Origin: a virus
Lineage: Duplodnaviria; Caudoviricetes
IMG/VR virus record: IMGVR_UViG_3300044609_000861
Location: 1-24,614 of that record
Length of the DNA: 24,614 nt
Direction: 5' to 3' (one strand)
Part shown: in pieces, positions 21,351 through 24,614 of the stretch
Position numbering within the stretch: position 1 is the first letter of the stretch
Layout of the letters: each line of letters opens with the position of its first letter
Translations under genes and position numbers: made by a program
Notes under the pieces: model-generated
Seen by the model: only the letters and a program-made list of their open reading frames with translations
Database searches by the model: none
Told to the model about the DNA's origin: nothing

Positions 21351-22111
21351 CAAATAACTCTTGTTTTTTCGTGACCAACTCGTACACGTGGATCGCACCA
21401 GATTTCAAATCCTGCTTCTTTTGCATCTAAACAGAAACTGACATCTTCTCCACACATATCTTGAACTTCGCCAGATTCAAAAACTTGCATCTTGGGTGCA
21501 AACCAAGGATACTTCATTTCAGAATTTTCAAATACTCCGTGCTTAATCAGTAACCAACCAAATCCCGTATAATCAACAGTAAATGGTTTGCGGCGCTTGG
21601 AGATTGTTTCGAGAGTTTCGTGATTCATGACTCCACCATTACCACGAAAATCTTCTTCATCTAACCAATGTGCAACGGATGTAGTCATACCATCTTCGGT
21701 ACAATACCACCCAGCAGCAATATCTTTGTCCATTAAGACTAACTGATAAAATTTTTCAGTGTTGAATACAATATCAGAGTCAATCCAAAGTTGCCAATCA
21801 TAATTTAATTTTCCATCCCAAGGAAGTTGATCAGGTCCACGAAGAACGTTTGCCCCCAAACACTTACAACGGGCAAAATTCACCATGGAACTATAATCTT
21901 GAGAAATTTGAATACTTGCCCCGTTCTGCACGAGATCGAAGCACATCTGCACGAAATTCTTCAAGAATGTATAAGAAACTCCTCTACCAGGAAGACAAAA
22001 AACAATTGATTTCCCACGAATAATTTCTCTTGCCTTTTCGTAATCAAATTCTGGTTCTGATGAAGTTGAGGCAACTGGTGCCTTTGCTTTTACGGTAAAT
22101 CCTTTAGACAT
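21350..22111 (-). CDS. GT-A fold (GT2-like) glycosyltransferase-like protein
   Basis: 253 aa with IVFCLPG beta1, NFAR, WQLWIDSDIVF (DxD), TGFGWLLIK, GEDVSFC and a C-terminal VGHEK, the motif order of GT-A enzymes. Confidence 0.7.
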   Translation of the reverse strand: MSKGFTVKAKAPVASTSSEPEFDYEKAREIIRGKSIVFCLPGRGVSYTFLKNFVQMCFDLVQNGASIQISQDYSSMVNFARCKCLGANVLRGPDQLPWDGKLNYDWQLWIDSDIVFNTEKFYQLVLMDKDIAAGWYCTEDGMTTSVAHWLDEEDFRGNGGVMNHETLETISKRRKPFTVDYTGFGWLLIKHGVFENSEMKYPWFAPKMQVFESGEVQDMCGEDVSFCLDAKEAGFEIWCDPRVRVGHEKTRVI

Positions 22112-22134
22112 AATAGGAATAATTTTACTTCAGT

Positions 22135-22163
22135 ATCATACAGTATTATGTATAAAATGTCAA
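22135..22163 (-). promoter_or_regulatory. Sigma70-type early promoter TTGACA-N17-TATGAT
   Basis: -35 at 22158-22163 (perfect), 17-bp spacer, -10 at 22135-22140, 23 nt upstream of the GT gene ATG. Confidence 0.85.
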
Positions 22164-22168
22164 TTTCT

Positions 22169-22342
22169 CTAATTTTTGTTTTCTTTCAAAATTATTTCAT
22201 CTCCGTCGATCTTTAATTTTATTTCAGTATCTTCGTACCATGAAAATTCATTCACAATCCACTCGGGAATTATCACATAATACTGTCCACTCACAGGATC
22301 AACTTGCAATAACTGGCAGTCCTCTTCAAAGTTCTTCTTCAT
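22169..22342 (-). CDS. AbrB/MazE/SpoVT-like small DNA-binding protein (57 aa)
   Basis: Not in the ORF track. Hand translation: MKKNFEEDCQLLQVDPVSGQYYVIIPEWIVNEFSWYEDTEIKLKIDGDEIILKENKN*. The GQ..V.IP..I...L/F.W..G/D..I.L..DG..IIL pattern matches the swapped-hairpin fold. Confidence 0.65.
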   Translation of the reverse strand: MKKNFEEDCQLLQVDPVSGQYYVIIPEWIVNEFSWYEDTEIKLKIDGDEIILKENKN

Positions 22343-22604
22343 TCCATTCTTTTTTACATTTTGTTTTATATAGTATATTTTAAAATTATAAGCGACCTGT
22401 GGGGGAATTTTTTATGGGGGAAATTTTTTTGGTTTGAGAGTATTATAAGTCTCATTTGGGTAACACTTTATAGATTAGGGGATCCATCGCTTTTAAGCCC
22501 ACGCCCGCCGCCATAACGATACCGTTATACCATAATACTGCCATTTAGCACGAACGAACGGCATCACGCTAGCGTTATACTGTGATATGCCACGAACGAA
22601 TGAA

Positions 22605-22623
22605 GGGGGGCGGTGTGCCCCCC
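22605..22623 (-). terminator. GC hairpin closing the small-gene array (probable terminator)
   Basis: Minus strand GGGGGGC-acacc-GCCCCCC followed by TTCATTCGTTCG, 6 nt after the last stop codon. The U-tract is imperfect. Confidence 0.55.
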
Positions 22624-22629
22624 GTGCCG

Positions 22630-22821
22630 TCACTTCACGTCGCCCAGGGCGCTGTTGGCGGTGCTCATGCGGGTGGCGCTGCTGCCTGCTGCTCCGCCGT
22701 GAGTGCGAACGCGGGTGCTGCCGCCCTTGATCTGGTTTGCCCAGCGGTTGGCGCGGGTGCCGTGCGCCACGGGCAGGCGGGTGATGGTGAACTGGATGCC
22801 GTCGATGGTGGTGCTGGTCAT
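22630..22821 (-). CDS. Small hypothetical protein, cassette 1 (63 aa, Arg/Gly/Ser/Thr-rich)
   Basis: High-GC3 ORF directly downstream of promoter module P1. Confidence 0.75.
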   Translation of the reverse strand: MTSTTIDGIQFTITRLPVAHGTRANRWANQIKGGSTRVRTHGGAAGSSATRMSTANSALGDVK

Positions 22822-22844
22822 GGTCGGTTGCGGTGTGCTCTGGA

Positions 22845-22888
22845 ATTCTACAGGGTGGAGGGGAGGGGGTCAACCCTCCCCGCAGGGG
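22845..22888 (-). promoter_or_regulatory. Hairpin-promoter module P1: TTGACC-N17-TAGAAT
   Basis: -35 (22868-22873) is the loop of GGGGAGGG/CCCTCCCC (22860-22867 / 22874-22881); -10 at 22845-22850; CCCC-GCA-GGGG at 22878-22888. Confidence 0.85.
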
Positions 22889-23134
22889 TCAGAAGTTGTC
22901 TGCCACGTCCCAGCGAACCACCTGCAGGTCGGGGTTGAGGCGGGCGCAGATGTCCCATGCCTCTTGAGCGGTGGGTGCCATGTAGGCGAGGATCTCATGG
23001 CGCTGGCGGCGGGTGTTCCAACCGCTGAACAGGAAGCTGTGCTCCTGCTCCTCAGCGAACACGTCCTCCCAATCCTGCTCGGTGGGGATGTATGCCTCGT
23101 CGATCTGCTGCTGCTCGGTGAAGGCGGTGGTCAT
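22889..23134 (-). CDS. Small acidic hypothetical protein, cassette 2 (81 aa)
   Basis: Start reassigned to the ATG at 23134 (MTTAFTEQQQIDE...), downstream of P2. The longer track start lies inside the promoter. Confidence 0.75.
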   Translation of the reverse strand: MTTAFTEQQQIDEAYIPTEQDWEDVFAEEQEHSFLFSGWNTRRQRHEILAYMAPTAQEAWDICARLNPDLQVVRWDVADNF

Positions 23135-23158
23135 GGCGTTCAGGTGTGGAACTTGTTC

Positions 23159-23200
23159 AGTATAGCAGGTCGGGGGCACCCGTCAAGGTGCCCCGTAGGG
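23159..23200 (-). promoter_or_regulatory. Hairpin-promoter module P2: TTGACG-N16-TATACT with extended -10 TGn
   Basis: -35 (23181-23186) is the loop of GGGGCACC/GGTGCCCC (23173-23180 / 23187-23194); -10 at 23159-23164, preceded by TGC. Confidence 0.8.
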
Positions 23201-23202
23201 AA

Positions 23203-23394
23203 TCAGTATCCCAACCAGGTCAGCAGTTCGCCAGCGTCGATGCCGTCGATGCCCCAGCGGTCAGCGGTGCCGTACTCCTGCAGGAACTCATTCACGCTGC
23301 CGTGAAGGTCGGCAGCATACAGGGCGTCGTCATAGGTGATGCACCCGCAGTCGTCAGCGATGTGCAGCAGTTGCTCGGTGAAGGTCTCAGGCAT
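23203..23394 (-). CDS. Small highly acidic hypothetical protein, cassette 3 (63 aa)
   Basis: ORF downstream of P3; 13 D/E versus 1 R and 0 K; ends ELLTWLGY. Confidence 0.75.
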   Translation of the reverse strand: MPETFTEQLLHIADDCGCITYDDALYAADLHGSVNEFLQEYGTADRWGIDGIDAGELLTWLGY

Positions 23395-23418
23395 GGTTCC
23401 CTTGCGGTGTACTCCAGA

Positions 23419-23463
23419 ATTCTACAGGATGGGTGGGGCACCCGTCAAGGTGCCCCGTAGGGG
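23419..23463 (-). promoter_or_regulatory. Hairpin-promoter module P3: TTGACG-N18-TAGAAT
   Basis: -35 (23443-23448) is the loop of GGGGCACC/GGTGCCCC (23435-23442 / 23449-23456); -10 at 23419-23424; 28 bp identical to P2. Confidence 0.8.
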
Positions 23464-23628
23464 TCACCAGAGCAGGTCAGCGATTGCTTCCAGGCGCTGC
23501 TGGCGGGATACCAGCTCCTTCAGGATGGCCCGCTCCTCCTTGGCGGTGGGGTTGCCTTCCCACAGCCACTCCTCCAGTTGGAAGGAGGTCAGGTCGTCGA
23601 AGGCGGTGGCGATGGTTCCGTCCAGCAT
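23464..23628 (-). CDS. Small hypothetical protein, cassette 4 (54 aa)
   Basis: Start reassigned to the ATG at 23628: MLDGTIATAFDDLTSFQLEEWLWEGNPTAKEERAILKELVSRQQRLEAIADLLW; downstream of P4. Confidence 0.7.
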   Translation of the reverse strand: MLDGTIATAFDDLTSFQLEEWLWEGNPTAKEERAILKELVSRQQRLEAIADLLW

Positions 23629-23653
23629 GGGGTGGGGTGCGGTTTGCTCTGGA

Positions 23654-23688
23654 ATTCTACAGGGTGGAGGGGAGGGGGTCAACCCTCC
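23654..23688 (-). promoter_or_regulatory. Hairpin-promoter module P4: TTGACC-N17-TAGAAT (shortened stem)
   Basis: 23645-23688 is identical over 44 bp to 22836-22879 (P1); 6-bp stem GGAGGG/CCCTCC around the -35 at 23677-23682. Confidence 0.8.
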
Positions 23689-23858
23689 AGGGGCACCACG
23701 TCGTCGGCGTAGCGTTCGGCGTAACGTGCTGCCCACCAGTACCCTTCGGCAGGGTTGATCTGTCCAGCGAAGCGATCCTGGGGGGCATCGTCAGTCTTAC
23801 GGGTCACCCACATCGTTTCGCGGGTCTGGAGGTCGGAGCACTGTGAGAAGATCGCCAT
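23679..23858 (-). CDS. Small hypothetical protein, cassette 5 (59 aa)
   Basis: Not in the ORF track. Hand translation: MAIFSQCSDLQTRETMWVTRKTDDAPQDRFAGQINPAEGYWWAARYAERYADDVVPLEG*. Its TGA stop lies inside the TTGACC of P4. Confidence 0.7.
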   Translation of the reverse strand: MAIFSQCSDLQTRETMWVTRKTDDAPQDRFAGQINPAEGYWWAARYAERYADDVVPLEG

Positions 23859-23865
23859 GGTGAGG

Positions 23866-23900
23866 GGGGTGTCGGTTGCTTGGGTACTGTAGCAGGTCAG
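23866..23900 (-). repeat. 35-bp module P5: stop codon + extended -10 (TGC-TACAGT) + leader
   Basis: Identical to 24059-24093; minus strand CTGACCTGCTACAGTACCCAAGCAACCGACACCCC. Confidence 0.75.
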
Positions 23901-24052
23901 CGGTGCTCACCACACCAGGCAGGGTCGGCATTGCACATAGCGTCTGCCATACGCTCCTGGTGATCGTTGACCGTTGCCTGGGCGGAGTTGTGAACAGCAG
24001 TGCCGATGATCAGGGTCAGAGCGGCGAAGGCGGCAGGCAGAATGCGGATCAT
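23897..24052 (-). CDS. Small putatively exported or membrane-anchored peptide, cassette 6 (51 aa)
   Basis: Not in the ORF track. Hand translation: MIRILPAAFAALTLIIGTAVHNSAQATVNDHQERMADAMCNADPAWCGEHR*; N-terminal Arg, hydrophobic core and A-Q-A motif. Confidence 0.7.
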   Translation of the reverse strand: MIRILPAAFAALTLIIGTAVHNSAQATVNDHQERMADAMCNADPAWCGEHR

Positions 24053-24058
24053 GGGGAT

Positions 24059-24093
24059 GGGGTGTCGGTTGCTTGGGTACTGTAGCAGGTCAG
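24059..24093 (-). repeat. 35-bp module P6: stop codon + extended -10 (TGC-TACAGT) + leader
   Basis: Exact direct repeat of 23866-23900; the two copies bracket the 51-aa gene. Confidence 0.75.
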
Positions 24094-24275
24094 AAGTGAA
24101 CTGCCCAGTTCGGATCGGTCAGGCAGTTCACCCAGGCGCACCAGGTGCCGTTGCTGCTCACGCAAAACAGGTCGTTGCCCTGGCGCTGCTCAACCACCAC
24201 CACGGGGTCGCCTGCCATCTGGTTTGCCAGGCGGTTCTTCGCCTTGCTGGAGATGGGGGTCAGGGTCACGGTCAT
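24090..24275 (-). CDS. Small hypothetical protein, cassette 7 (61 aa)
   Basis: ORF MTVTLTPISSKAKNRLANQM... downstream of P7; its stop is embedded in P6. Confidence 0.75.
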   Translation of the reverse strand: MTVTLTPISSKAKNRLANQMAGDPVVVVEQRQGNDLFCVSSNGTWCAWVNCLTDPNWAVHF

Positions 24276-24297
24276 CGGATCGGTTGCGGTTGAGAGA

Positions 24298-24341
24298 ACT
24301 GTAGTCTATGGGTGGGGAGGGAGTCAACCCTCCCCGTAGGG
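24298..24341 (-). promoter_or_regulatory. Hairpin-promoter module P7: TTGACT-N18-TACAGT
   Basis: -35 (24322-24327) is the loop of GGGGAGGG/CCCTCCCC (24314-24321 / 24328-24335); -10 at 24298-24303; CCC-GTA-GGG at 24333-24341. Confidence 0.75.
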
Positions 24342-24350
24342 TTCAATGCC

Positions 24351-24569
24351 TCAAGCGGCACTGAGAGTTTGCTCTACCCACTCATCGAACTGAGTGATGA
24401 GAATCGCACACACTTTCGGGTATGCTTTCTGAAATTCGGATTTGATACCCATCTCAAGGGCAATCTTGCGCGCTTCGGTGTATTCCATACGTCCAAGCTG
24501 TGCCAGGGTGGGATACACTCCACGGGCGATCATCGCTTCGATTTCGGCGTTGGTGAGGATGGTGGTCAT
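24351..24569 (-). CDS. Small hypothetical protein, cassette 8 (72 aa)
   Basis: Likely start at ATG 24569 (MTTILTNAEIEAMIARG...) after a C/A-rich leader like the other cassettes; its promoter would lie beyond the window. Confidence 0.65.
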   Translation of the reverse strand: MTTILTNAEIEAMIARGVYPTLAQLGRMEYTEARKIALEMGIKSEFQKAYPKVCAILITQFDEWVEQTLSAA

Positions 24570-24614
24570 GGTGCTGGTGGGATTGTGGGGGGTCCGTTTG
24601 CCCCCCGATGACAT

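Noticed and set aside
22343-22629. tRNA or other known RNA gene in the intergenic gap
   Set aside because: No cloverleaf, T-loop (GTTCRA) context or CCA end could be built by eye.
23135-23736. Longer track starts for ORFs 22889-23179 and 23464-23736 (likewise 21180-21398 and 24351-24614)
   Set aside because: The extensions overlap promoter modules, leaders or upstream genes; downstream ATGs fit the cassette pattern or translational coupling better.
22836-24341. CRISPR array interpretation of the repeats
   Set aside because: Repeats are of several types, spaced about 190-310 bp or more apart, and separated by intact ORFs; they contain promoter boxes and no cas genes are present.
22836-24341. 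Classical integron attC sites or IS/MITE ends
   Set aside because: No RYYYAAC...GTTRRRY core pairs with long imperfect stems, no integrase or transposase, and no target duplications seen; cassettes carry their own promoters.
22582-24611. Long + strand ORFs in the GC-rich block (200, 140, 137, 118 aa, etc.) and the minus ORF 22493-22873
   Set aside because: Expected stop-poor shadows in high-GC DNA; they run through promoter repeats, whereas the minus-strand small ORFs align exactly with promoters and leaders.

Overview
T4-like cyanophage (Kyanoviridae-type myovirus) DNA; every credible gene is on the minus strand. Bases 1-19.9 kb are an AT-rich (about 25-30% GC by eye) late structural block: gp25 > gp6 > giant 4240-aa gp7-like protein > gp8 > VrlC/DUF4815-like protein (runs off the window), with T4 late promoters (TATAAATA). 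Bases 19.9-22.35 kb hold small genes: speD, a GT-A glycosyltransferase-like gene behind a near-consensus sigma70 promoter, an AbrB-like gene and a basic KKYRGQG peptide. At about 22.5 kb the sequence switches abruptly to about 60-68% GC. It then forms an array of at least 8 tiny genes (51-81 aa), seven of them preceded by their own promoter cassette. In five cassettes the -35 hexamer (TTGACN) is exactly the loop of a palindrome whose arms co-vary between copies, and four of these also carry an overlapping C-GNA-G triloop mini-hairpin on the template strand. The cassette parts occur in mix-and-match combinations, suggesting a recombinationally shuffled, structure-controlled early-gene array. 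All family assignments are by motif recognition and gene order; no database searches were run.
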